NCBI RefSeq assembly: GCF_000142905.1
Contig: NW_013657678.1
Coordinates: 434,001 to 498,000, forward strand
Source: Thecamonas trahens ATCC 50062
Taxonomy: Eukaryota; Protista; Apusomonadida
Direction of reading: 5' to 3'
Length of the DNA: 64,000 bases
Positions within the stretch are counted from its first letter, which is position 1. Each line of letters opens with the position of its first letter. Position numbers and translations under genes: made by a program. The notes under the pieces are model-generated. The model saw only the letters and a program-made list of their open reading frames with translations, did no database searches and was not told where the DNA came from. Positions 20,801-31,228 of the stretch are shown here, in pieces.

Positions 20801-22183
20801 CGCTGCCTCGCCACGCTCATCCTTGTCGCTGTCATCATCCCATGGTTCCTCATTCCGTGCGTCCCGGTCATTTTTGCCTACGGCGTGGTCCAGCAGTACT
20901 ACCGTCGCACCTCGCGCGAGCTCAAGCGGCTCGACTCGGTCTCGCGCTCACCGGTCTATGCCCTCTTCTCGGAGACCATCACCGGCGCGCCGACCATCCG
21001 CGCCTATGCGCTCGAGGAGCACTTTGAAGCCGCGTCGGCTAAAACCGTCGACAACAACCACCGCGCGTACATCCTCTCCATGGCCTCCAACCGCTGGCTC
21101 TCGGTCCGTCTCGAGCTCCTCGGCAACCTGCTGGTCGTTTTCACCGCCATGCTCTGCGTGGTGGAGCGCGGCAAGATCGACCCTGGTCTCGTCGGCCTCA
21201 CCATCGCCTACACCCTCCGCATCACCGACTCGCTCAACTGGACGGTCCGCATGGCTACCCAGGCCGAGGTCGAGTCCAACTCGGTCGAGCGCATCATGCA
21301 CTACACCCTCAATGTTGACTCGGAGCCGCCGGCCGTCGTCCACGAGTACCGCGCCCCGCCCGGCTGGCCACACCGCGGCGCCGTCGAGTTCAACAACGTC
21401 ACCATGCGCTACCGGCCCGATCTCGAGCCCGCGCTCCGCGACTGCTCGTTCCGCATCGACCCAGGCACCAAGGTCGGCGTCGTTGGCCGGACCGGCGCAG
21501 GAAAGTCGTCGCTCATCCTCTGCATCTTCCGCCTCGTCGAGCTCTCCGAGGGCAACATCATCATCGACGACATGAACATCTCCCGCATGGGTCTCGACGA
21601 CCTCCGGCGCTCCATCGCCATCATTCCGCAGAACCCAGTTCTCTTCTCCGGCACCATCCGCACCAACCTCGACCCGTTCAACAACCACTCGGACGAGGAG
21701 CTGTGGGAGGCGCTCGAGCGGGCTCACCTCGACGCCACCATCCGCGCCACGCCCGAAGGCCTCGCGGCCCCTGTTTCGGAAAACGGTGAAAACTACTCGG
21801 TCGGCGAGCGCCAGCTCCTCTGCCTTGCTCGCGCTCTCCTTCGCCACTCGTCTATCGTCATCATGGACGAGGCTACCTCGGCCGCAGACGTCGTCACTGA
21901 TCAGCTCATCCAGACCACCGTCCGCTCCGAGTTCCGCCATGCCACCGTCATCTGCATCGCCCACCGCCTCAACACCATCATGGACTCGGACCGCATCCTG
22001 GTCATGGACTCGGGAGCCGTCCGCGAGTTTGACTCGCCCGCAGCGCTCATCGACAACCCGGACTCGGTCTTTGCCGAGATGGTCGCCGAGTCGGGCGACG
22101 CTGCCTTTCTGCGCGCAATCGCCCGCGGTGAAGCCGACCCGCTTGCCGCCATCGGCAGCGCAGCCACAAGCACTACGATGTAA
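17853..22183 (+). CDS. ABC transporter subfamily C (MRP-like, short form without TMD0); one frameshift at T-run 18504-18508
   Basis: L0 motif AGFFSTITFWWLN. NBD1 GRVGSGKST / GEKGINLSGGQKAR / LLDDPLSAVD. PMSFFDTTPIGRILSRFSKD. NBD2 GRTGAGKSS / YSVGERQLLCLARA / MDEATS / IAHRLNT. ORFs 17853 and 18131 join if one T is added. Confidence 0.93.
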
Positions 22184-22234
22184 TAGCTCAGCCGAGTGGA
22201 CAGTACAGCGCATGGACTTGATCCGTAAACGCTT

Positions 22235-25200
22235 TTACTCGGTCCCCATCGAGGCCAGCTGGTGGAGCTGCGCAAGCGTTGCCTCGTGCAGCGAGTCAAA
22301 ATTGACCGCCGGCACGACCGGCACCTGCGGGGGCTGCTCCGACGGTGCGGCGTCAGCAGACGCCAGTTGGTCCATCGACAGGTCGCGGGCCCGGTCGATC
22401 TGCGAGAGCGCATGCGAGAGGGTATGCAGCGTGTCGTTGGGGTCAAACACTGGCGGCGGCGGTGGCATGCCCACCATGGGTGACGGCCCGGCCGGAAACG
22501 CCATGCCGCCCATCATCGACGACTGAAGCGGGCCGGGGCCGAGGAACGGCGTGAGCGGCACCGGCGGCGGCCGTGCATCGAGAGAGTCCTTGGTGTGCTT
22601 GAGGAACTGTGAGGTCTCGTGGACTTGCATGAGTATGGCCGATTCCATGGCCTGCTTCTCGCGCGCAAACTCGCGGAGCTCGGCCCGGGCCTTGTCCAGC
22701 TCACGGCGCTGCGCGTCGACAACCGAGCGTAGCGACTCAACCGCCTCGGCTTCGGCTGTCAGCTGGCTCTCGAGCTTGCTGCCATGCGTCTCGAGCTCCT
22801 GGATGCGCGCCCGTGACGACTCCAGCTCACCCGCTGCCGCAGTGCTCTCATTGAGTGTGGCATGATGCGAGGCCTCAAGGGCTGCGTACGCCGACTCAAT
22901 GGTGTCGACGTCGCCACGGGTCCGATCCAGCTCGTTGCGGGTAGCGTCGAGCTCAGCCTCGGCCTCGCGCAGCGCGTCGCGAGCTGCTGTCAGCTCGCTG
23001 GCCACACTCGCCTGGTACGCCCGGATGTACTCGCGCGACTGCGTCGTGAGCGAGCCGTCGGCTGTAGCGCCGACAAGTGCGTCGAGCGTCACACGCGGTC
23101 CAGCGGTAGGCGGTGGTGTCGACGGCACGCCAGGAGACGGCACACTCACTGCAGCCATGACTTGTGTCAGCTCGCGGACGGTCGCCTCGCGCTGTGTGAG
23201 AGCAGTCTTGAGCTCGTCGGCTGTAGCCGCGGCAGCCGCGGCGGCAGCTTTGGCCTCGACCTCGCGCTCCTGGGCGGCAGCGAGTTGAGACTGGAACTTG
23301 GCGGTGACAGACGCCAGCTGCTCAGCATGATCTCTGGCAAGCGCGGCCGTGGCCGACTCGGCAGCGGTGGCCAGTTGTGCCTCGACGGCGGCGAGCTTGG
23401 CCCGCAGTTCGTCGACTTGGCGGCGCGAGCTAGCTTGTGCCTCGCTCATCTGCTTGGAATGGGTGGCGGCGGCGAGGTCGGCCGCGTTGGCCTGTGACTG
23501 CGCCGCCATGCGGGCCTGATGCTGCAGATCCTGAATAGTACGCTGCAGCGACGATATCTCAGCCGACTTTTGCTCCAGCTGCACCGACGACGACGAGGCG
23601 CGGTCGGCATGGCGGGCGGCGTCCGCGAGCTGGCGGCGGAGGTCGCGGACCTGGTCCTCCGAGTCGCGGCGGCTCTTTTCGGCCTCACGGACAAGGCTTT
23701 CCATCTCGCGCGCCCGCGACTCTGCCTCGAGAGCCCGCCGCTCGACCGCCATAGTGTCGTCCTTGGCGCGCGAGAGCGCAGACTCAAGCTCGCGGATCCG
23801 CGAGCGAGTCTCAGAGGCATCGACTCGAACAGTGTCGCGGCGCTCGAGCTCGCGATCCTTGGCGTCGAGCATGGAACGGAGCGAGGAGATCTGTGCCTCG
23901 ACCGCCGACAGCCGCGAGACCTCGCGTTCGAGGTTGTTGCGGGCAGTCGAGAGCGAGGCCAACTGGTCGTCCTTGCGGGCAAGCTCAGCCCGGATCCGGG
24001 TCAGCTCCAGCGTCGAGTCATTGGTGGAGTCAACTCGCGCCGCCAGCGCCGACTTTTCCTGCCGCACCGCCGAGAGCGCGCCCTTGACCGAGTCAAGCTC
24101 GGCCTTGAACAGAGAGGCTCGTGACTCGGCCTCGACAAGCTTGACTCGTAGCTCCTCGACATCCGTTCGCATCCGCTCCATGTGCACCGCCCGCCCGTGC
24201 TCCGAGTCGAGCTTGGAGGCTAGCGCACGGTTGCGCTCCTGAAGCGCCCGATTAGTCTCTTCGATGAGCTCGTTCTGGGTCCGCGAGCGGAACTTGAACT
24301 CTGCGTTGGCAAGCTCGGCCTTGAGGCTAATGATCTCTTCGCGGGCCTCGGCAAGGCTCGCGGACGTTGCCTCGAGCTTGGTTTCGGCCCGGGCAAGCCC
24401 CATTTTGGTGGCGGCAGCCTCGTCCAGCTCCTTGCGGAGGCGGGAGTTCTCGTGGCTGAGATCGTCGGCGAGCGTCGCCCGTGCGGCGACCTCGCCGCGA
24501 GTGGTGTGGAGGGCGGCGGCAAGCTCGGACTCGCGGTTCTCAAGCGCCTCGTTGGCGGCTGCCATGCTCCCAACCTGAGCCCGGAGCAGCGCGTTGTCCT
24601 CCTTGAGCGCAAGGGCCTCCTCACGCTGGGCCTCGTGCGCACTGCGGGCGTCCTCGAGCTTGGCACTCACGGCTGCCAGCTCATCCTTGGTTGCTTCGAG
24701 CTGCGCCTCGAGCGCCTCGGCTGAGAGCACCTTGAGCTCCAGTTCATGGCGCGAGGTGTTGGACACCATCAGTGCCGCCGACGAACTGTTGAGCTGGTCC
24801 TGCAGGACAGTAGTGGCGGAAGCGGTCGCGCGCAGGTCAGCGTTCTCGGACGAGAGCGCCTCGGCAGACACGTTGAGGGCGTGGATGGTCTCGATGGCCG
24901 ACGCGTTCTCGGCGAGCAGGGCCTCGCGATCAAGCGATGCTGTGTCGAGTGCGTGCTGGGTCCGCTCCAGCTGGGTCTCGAGCTCGGCAGCGTGCGTGCG
25001 GGCGCGGTCGAGCGCAGTGGCGTACTCGTCGACCTGCGCAGCCTTGGCCTCGATATCTCGCCCGTGGTCCAGGATCTCGCGGAGCGCATCAAGGTCGTTG
25101 GAGAGCTGCTCACGAAGAATAGGCAGGTTGGACTCTGCGCCGTGGGCGGACCGAAGCGTCGGTGCTGGCGCTGAGCCGACAAGCACACCGAGCGCGGCGG

Positions 25201-26800
25201 CGACGTTGCCAAGGATGTCGTTGCGGGCCTCGAGGTCGGCGGCTGCGCTGGCGGCAACAGTGACCGAGTCAGAGCGTGCATCGTCGAGCTGGGACTGCAG
25301 CTCGCGGCATTGGGCCTCATGCTGAGTGGTCATGCGGACGGCATCGGCGCGAAGCTGCTCGAGGTGGGTCTTGTACTCTGCCTCAAGGTCATCCTTGGCC
25401 TCGGCAAGCTCAGCAAGCCGGGCTGAGTACTCGGCGTCCAGTTCGTCGGCGGTGTCGGAAGCTTCTGCGCCGAGCCGAGCCTCTAGGGCATGGAGGGCAT
25501 CGGCGTGACGTGCGGCGGCGGCGGCGGCGGCAGACGAGGCTGTCCGGCGCTCGTCGGCGAGCTCCTGGGCATGAGCGTCGGCGAGAGCACTGATTTCGGA
25601 GCGGAGCACGGCGAGCGTAGCGTTGTGAACCTGCGCCATGTCACCAATCGAGTCCTCGGCCTGCGCCAGCGCGTCGACCTTTGTGGAGATTTCACGCTCG
25701 AGCTTGGCAATGAGGGCGTTGGCTTGGTCCAGCGCCTGCGTCGACGTTGCGAGCTCTGCAGCGGTGGCAGCGGCGGAAGCCTTAGCCTCCTCCAGCTCGG
25801 CGTCGAGGGCGGCAATGCGGAGCGAGGCGGCGCCGGCGGCGGTGGCCGACTCTTCACGGGCGCGCTCAAGCTCAGTGGCAAACTCGGCCTGGGCAGCAAG
25901 AAGCGCCGAGCGGAGGGAGTTGGTGGCGGAGAGGAGTGACGAGTCGCGGGCGCCGACGTCGCCGAGCTGCGAGTTGAGCTCGTCAATGACAGCACGCGCG
26001 GCGTCGAGCTCGCGCACCAGGTGGCTGTTCTCGGCCTTGGTCATCTCGAGTGAGAGGCGGGCTTCGTCGAGTTCGCCGGCCGCACGCTCCAGATCGGCCT
26101 GCACCCCGGCGAGTTGGGCGGCGGCGGCGGAGAAGTTTGCCGAGGCGGCGTCAGCCGAGGTGCGTGCGTCGGCAACCTGGGCCTCGAGATAGGCCACCTG
26201 CATGGTGAGCTCGGTGACACGGGTGTTGAGCGCACCAGTCTCATTGTCGGCAGCAGCTTCCGCAGCCTCAAACGCGGCGATGCGCGCAGCCTGAGCATTG
26301 ACAACGTCCTTCAACTCGCCTACGGTGACGTTGAGCGACGCGATCTGGTTGTCGGCCGCCGAGGCGAGCTTGACCTTTGCGGCAGCAACGTCGGCGTTGG
26401 CGTTGAGTGAGGCAATGGCAGTCTTAGACTTGGAGAGCAGATCGTTCTTCTGCTCGAGCTCACGTTGCAGCCTGGCGACGGCCACCCGCAGCTCGACCAT
26501 CTCCGACGTCACGGCCGCAGCCTCGGATGGCAGCCTGCCAGCGAGCGCATCCTGCAGCATGCGAATCTCAAGCTTTGCCGAAAAGTGAGCATCCCGCAAA
26601 GCTGTGAGCTCCGCCATCATGTCGTCAGTCGATGAACCTGCCGGACGTGAGTTCCGCACAGCCGACGATGGCGAGGCGCGTGTGGCAGAGTCAGCTGCCA
26701 ACGACGAGGCGAGGAGGTGCGGGACGGGCGAGGACATCGACGGCAAGGAGAACGAGCCCTCTGTCCACAACGAGCCCCCTGCTCTGAACGGAGAAGCCAT
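22235..26800 (-). CDS. Centrosomin/CDK5RAP2/Mto1-like coiled-coil protein (CM1 and CM2 motifs)
   Basis: N-terminal LTALRDAHFSAKLEIRMLQDAL...EMVELRVAVARLQRELEQKNDLL (CM1-like), about 1300 aa of heptads, C-terminal ESAILMQVHETSQFLKHTKDSL (CM2-like). Start MASPFR. Confidence 0.72.
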   Translation of the reverse strand: MASPFRAGGSLWTEGSFSLPSMSSPVPHLLASSLAADSATRASPSSAVRNSRPAGSSTDDMMAELTALRDAHFSAKLEIRMLQDALAGRLPSEAAAVTSEMVELRVAVARLQRELEQKNDLLSKSKTAIASLNANADVAAAKVKLASAADNQIASLNVTVGELKDVVNAQAARIAAFEAAEAAADNETGALNTRVTELTMQVAYLEAQVADARTSADAASANFSAAAAQLAGVQADLERAAGELDEARLSLEMTKAENSHLVRELDAARAVIDELNSQLGDVGARDSSLLSATNSLRSALLAAQAEFATELERAREESATAAGAASLRIAALDAELEEAKASAAATAAELATSTQALDQANALIAKLEREISTKVDALAQAEDSIGDMAQVHNATLAVLRSEISALADAHAQELADERRTASSAAAAAAARHADALHALEARLGAEASDTADELDAEYSARLAELAEAKDDLEAEYKTHLEQLRADAVRMTTQHEAQCRELQSQLDDARSDSVTVAASAAADLEARNDILGNVAAALGVLVGSAPAPTLRSAHGAESNLPILREQLSNDLDALREILDHGRDIEAKAAQVDEYATALDRARTHAAELETQLERTQHALDTASLDREALLAENASAIETIHALNVSAEALSSENADLRATASATTVLQDQLNSSSAALMVSNTSRHELELKVLSAEALEAQLEATKDELAAVSAKLEDARSAHEAQREEALALKEDNALLRAQVGSMAAANEALENRESELAAALHTTRGEVAARATLADDLSHENSRLRKELDEAAATKMGLARAETKLEATSASLAEAREEIISLKAELANAEFKFRSRTQNELIEETNRALQERNRALASKLDSEHGRAVHMERMRTDVEELRVKLVEAESRASLFKAELDSVKGALSAVRQEKSALAARVDSTNDSTLELTRIRAELARKDDQLASLSTARNNLEREVSRLSAVEAQISSLRSMLDAKDRELERRDTVRVDASETRSRIRELESALSRAKDDTMAVERRALEAESRAREMESLVREAEKSRRDSEDQVRDLRRQLADAARHADRASSSSVQLEQKSAEISSLQRTIQDLQHQARMAAQSQANAADLAAATHSKQMSEAQASSRRQVDELRAKLAAVEAQLATAAESATAALARDHAEQLASVTAKFQSQLAAAQEREVEAKAAAAAAAATADELKTALTQREATVRELTQVMAAVSVPSPGVPSTPPPTAGPRVTLDALVGATADGSLTTQSREYIRAYQASVASELTAARDALREAEAELDATRNELDRTRGDVDTIESAYAALEASHHATLNESTAAAGELESSRARIQELETHGSKLESQLTAEAEAVESLRSVVDAQRRELDKARAELREFAREKQAMESAILMQVHETSQFLKHTKDSLDARPPPVPLTPFLGPGPLQSSMMGGMAFPAGPSPMVGMPPPPPVFDPNDTLHTLSHALSQIDRARDLSMDQLASADAAPSEQPPQVPVVPAVNFDSLHEATLAQLHQLASMGTE

Positions 26801-27339
26801 TCGTGGGAGGTAGTGGAGTGAGGGTGAGTGTGGATGTTGGGGCGGTGGGGGGGAGGGGGGGGGAGGCACGGGGGGGGGAGGTAACACTGCCAATGGCAGT
26901 TGCCCCTTCCGCCCTGAGGGGAGGGGGGGATCGTTTTGCTCCGCCTGCCTTTGGCCATTGCCATTGCCATTGACAATACCGTTACCATTACCATTACCAT
27001 TGGTCAACAAGGCGGGGAGGGGGGGGGGGGGGGGGCAGCCGCAGAGGCCATGTGCGGCTCATCGATCATCTGCTAAAGGCACTCAATGATCGGCGCCTTG
27101 GCCAGCGCTGGGGCCGCCGCTGATGGCCGTCCCTGATTCAAGTGGCGACCGTGAAGAGGGAAAGGGGGTGATACGGCAAGTCTTCTCCAAACCCCACGCA
27201 AGACCCCCCCTCCCTTGCCCAACCACTTTGTCCTCCAATACTTGGCTACACCTCGTTTCTACGTACCCCCTCCCCTCTCCTCCGACTCTCGTATCACGAG
27301 CTTGTGGCCGACGGCGGTCGCGGGGGAGGGCGTAAGCTC

Positions 27340-28365
27340 ATGGACAGCACGGTGCGCTCGCGCTCAACGGTGCCACCTATCTTGCCGCCGCTGGCTCCGA
27401 TCTCGCCGCCGATGAGCCTTGCGCTACCGGATCAGACCTTTCCACCAAAGATCACCTCGCATCATCTCTTTGCCCCGTTCTCATTGGCTACGCTCCCACC
27501 GCCGCAGCTGGTGCACGTCCTTGCCACCGCTCAGCACTCATCACCGGCTGCTGCCGAGACAAGGCCACTGCTCGTTGAGGGCCTCCATTCCCGCAGCGAG
27601 CGGAGGGCACGGTTGGAGGAGGCATGGCTCGATGTGGTGAGGAGGAGGGCCGGCGGGCGAGGACGACGGCGGTGGCGGGTGGTGGCTGTGGCGATGATGA
27701 TGGCGTGCGGCGCTGCTGCCGGCGCGGTCTCGGGCGCTCAGCTGGCCGGCGGACGCGGATGTGGCCCTGTCCGCCACTTTGTCACCAGCCAGACATTGGT
27801 GGCATCGACAGGCATGGCAGCGGTATCAGCAGCCTTTATCCCGCCACTGCTCAACATGTCGCTCCTACCGTGGCCGTGCACCCTCCGCGGACGGGGCGCG
27901 CAGCTTGTCCCGCCGACCGCAGCTGCTGTGCTTGGCAGGAGCGGCCGGAGCGAATGGCCCTGGCTCGGCGCCTCCCGTGTGAGAGCCATCACGACACTCG
28001 CATGGGCTGGAGGAGCGCTGGGGCTTGTTGCGCTGAGCCTGGCTGTTGCGGTGTTGGTGTGCCTTCCGCGCGAGCTCGGTTGGCGGAGTGTGCGTGCGTG
28101 TCCAGGGCTGATCCTGGTCGACGCCTCCGTCGGGTTGGGCTTGCTCATCGCCGCCATGGCTGTGGTTGTGTCCGCTGGTCTAGCCTGCACACTTGCCTCG
28201 ATGGTCCGCGCCCACGCCGGACACTCGGCTGGTCACGTCGAGGCCGAGCAACACCTCCACGCTGCCGAGCTTGACCACTCGATCCCGCACTCGATGGGCT
28301 CGACCGCGGTCCCTTCGCCGGACAATGGGCCTGCTGCGATTCCGCCGCCTCTCCAGCTACGATGA
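27340..28365 (+). CDS. Hypothetical membrane protein (about 4 TM)
   Basis: ORF with four hydrophobic segments, divergent from the centrosomin-like gene; no recognisable motif. Confidence 0.5.
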   Translation: MDSTVRSRSTVPPILPPLAPISPPMSLALPDQTFPPKITSHHLFAPFSLATLPPPQLVHVLATAQHSSPAAAETRPLLVEGLHSRSERRARLEEAWLDVVRRRAGGRGRRRWRVVAVAMMMACGAAAGAVSGAQLAGGRGCGPVRHFVTSQTLVASTGMAAVSAAFIPPLLNMSLLPWPCTLRGRGAQLVPPTAAAVLGRSGRSEWPWLGASRVRAITTLAWAGGALGLVALSLAVAVLVCLPRELGWRSVRACPGLILVDASVGLGLLIAAMAVVVSAGLACTLASMVRAHAGHSAGHVEAEQHLHAAELDHSIPHSMGSTAVPSPDNGPAAIPPPLQLR

Positions 28366-28510
28366 CGCACGAGACCAGGTTGCCACACACTGCCGCAGTG
28401 CGGGTAAATGGCGCCGCCATCTGCACTCCCCTTCTCTCCCAACCTAGCAGCGCAACGCTCGCTTCAATCAACAGCACCACACACTGCGGTGGCCGTGGCT
28501 TAACCACACA

Positions 28511-29920
28511 TCAGCGGTGGCTACGGGATCGTGAGCGTGACCGCTCGCCGTTGTCGCCTCGGCGTGAGCCGGAACGCGACTTCTCCTTGTCCTTGGCCTT
28601 GGACTTGGCCTTGGACTTGTCCTTGTCTTGCCGCCGCGGCGGGAGGAGGAGCGTTCGAGCTCACGGTCGTGGGCCCGTGATGACGGACGCGAACTATGGC
28701 GTGACGACGAGCCGCGGTGCGAACCGTGGCGCGAGCGCGAGCGCGAGCGCGACTCGGACGAGCCCGACGGCTCACGGCGCAACGAGCGGTGCGATGAGCG
28801 GTCGCCACGGCGCGAGCTCGGGCGCGACGACTTGTCCTTGGACTTGGACTTTTCCTTAGCCTTGGACTTGGACTTGGACTTGTCCTTGGACTTGGACTTG
28901 GACTTGGACTTGTCCTTGGACTTGGACTTGGATTTGGACTTGTCCTTGGACTTGGACTTGGACTTGTCCTTGCCGTGCAGTGACGAGCGCGACGAGCGCG
29001 GGGCGGCGTCGGGTGCGTTCGGGTCGTCTGACGAGGAGAACGAGACCCAGAGGTCTGAGTGCTCGTCCTCCTGCAGGTCGTCGAGAATCTGATACTCGCT
29101 GCCAAACTCGATCTGGATCTGCTCGTCCGAGAGGAACTTGGGGATCCGCGACTTGAGGAACGGGGTGTTGAGCAAAATTTCGTACACCGACGGCCGCTCC
29201 TCCGGATTCGAGGTAAAGATCCAGTCAACAAGGGCGCGGACCTTGGACGAGAACGTCCGCGGGATCGGCGCGTAGTCGCCGGACACAATCTTGCGGATGA
29301 GAACCGGGAGTGAGTCGGTCTGGAACGCGTGCCGGAACGTAAGCAGCTTGTACAGCACACAACCCAGCGCCCACACGTCGGACTTGGAGTTGTACGTCTC
29401 ACCGTTGCAGATCTCCGGCGAGAGGTAGTACGGTGTCCCGGCCGCAGTCCGAGCCATGTCCATCGATGACTGCAGCGTCCGCACAAGTCCAAAATCACCG
29501 AGCTTGATCTGTTTGTCCTCCGAAAGGAAGATGTTCTCCGTCTTGAGATCGCGGTGCAGAATACGGCGGTCGTGGCAGTGCTTGACAGCCAGGCAAAGCT
29601 GGCAGAACCAGTCCAGAATCTGCTCCTCGTCCAGGTACTCACCATTGCGCTCGTCGAGCGCCTTTTGCAAGTCGCCGCCCCTGCGTACTCCATCACAATG
29701 TGCAAGTGCTCGCCCTCCTCAAACGAATCGTGGTACGCCACAATAAACGGGTTGTCCAGCTGCTTCATCACCTTGATTTCGTTGATGGCGTTCTCTGCAT
29801 CACCCCCATCAGGTACCCCATGTGAGTCCCGCGCGAGTGCCTGCTTCCCACGCCCAGCACAGCTGTGCCGAGCCCGCGTCGAGCCCCGTATAGCGAGGCA
29901 CACACAAACACACGCGCACA

Positions 29921-29994
<74 letters not shown>

Positions 29995-30340
29995 GGTCAC
30001 TGCAGTCACTCTCCGGGTCACCTACGTTGCTCGCGCTCGTTGAACGTGGATGTGGTCATTTGCTTGATGCAGAGGAGCTTGCCTTGAGCGTTGTCCTTCT
30101 CCCGCACCACAAACGCAGTGCCAGACGCGCCCTATCGTAACCAGCATACAATACCACCACAAGCCAGCCGCGGAGAGTGAGTAGCTAACCATAGTCTTTC
30201 TTCACGCACACACACGCACCAACGCACACCCAACCTCACCTAACCCCCCTGCCTCCCCGGCCTGGGGCGTCCCTTCTGGTGGCACCCGACCAACCTTCGA
30301 CGATCCTTCCGTCAACAGCCAGCCGTGCTTATACAGGCGC
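28511..30340 (-). CDS. NEK (NIMA-related) Ser/Thr kinase with KS/RS-rich tail; introns 30132-30285 and 29795-30025; 5' end uncertain; frameshifts near 29680 and 28626
   Basis: Spliced KVGR|GASGTAF..LCIKQM..EREQ|QNAINEIKVMKQLDNPFIVAYHDSF..IVMEYA(G)GGDL; EEQILDWFCQLCLAVKHCHDRRILHRDLKTENIF; DFG; GTPYYLSPE; YNSKSDVWALG. Confidence 0.92.
28831..28972 (-). repeat. Coding repeat (AAGTCC)n/AAGGAC encoding KDKSKSKSKS
   Basis: GGACTT/GTCCTT hexamer arrays on the plus strand; a shorter copy lies at about 28586-28628. Confidence 0.9.
29922..29993. repeat. (AC)36 microsatellite in NEK intron
   Basis: Read directly. Confidence 0.97.
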
Positions 30341-31228
30341 AGCCTAAGCTTTAAATGGCTTTCAAACAGGGAGAAAGAGCAAGAAGCTTCATACTGAATG
30401 CATGATGTCCCTTGTGCAAGCAATATCTCCCTGCCGCAGCATGCTAGCCGTAGGTCCCTCCGGTGGCTAGCCGCAGGTCGGGCAGCAAAAAAACGTCTGT
30501 GGCCTCCTCTCGCGGCGGAACGGTTCGCCCAAGGAGAAAGGGAGAGGGGACAGGCAAGGCCAGCTAAAGACAGGAAAGGAAGCCACACTCATACACCTTC
30601 ATGTACACCACTACTTCAACTTACCTGGCCAATGGTCTGGACAATGTCATAGCGATCCATGTCAGGCCGCTGAGAGAGCCGTACGCTCTTACCCCCAAAG
30701 TCAGCCACCTCCCCACACACACCCTTCAATCAGTCCCTGGCCAAGAACGACGTCCAGTTCGGCACTACCTGTCACCGCCTCGCCATCACCAACCCGCCAA
30801 CACATTCACTCATGTTATTCATTGAGACATGATTGCCCTTGCTTGCCCTTGCTGGTATGGTGCGGATTATGTGGCGGAGGCGAAGGGGGAGGAATGGGGA
30901 GGGGGTTGTGACGGCGGCACCATGGCCGGAGTCTATCGATTGCTGAATGAGTTCGCCGTGAGCCACTTCCAGACTCCAACTTTGCTGCGGACGCCATCGC
31001 CACACTCGAGGCTACTCTTCCGTTTGTCCGCTTCCTTGCTGTAATGATCGCGACCGATCCCGACGCTGTGGTCGAGAAAGTTGTCTTCTCCATCTCGATC
31101 GGCCAGGCTAGCTACTGCGCCGCTGTCGCCCTCCGCAGGTGCAGACTAGGTCATCGCCCAAGAGGAGGATCGCAAGGGCATTGCGCCGATTCCGGCTCCC
31201 TAAATCATCATGCCCCCCATGCCATGTC

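Noticed and set aside
20948-22213. Long antisense ORFs (also 60176-61432, 8518-9555, 44127-45017)
   Set aside because: Expected mirror frames of GC-rich, codon-biased genes; no independent motifs.
22235-30340. Centrosomin-like gene near a NEK kinase as a functional cluster
   Set aside because: NEKs are numerous in flagellates; proximity alone is not evidence.
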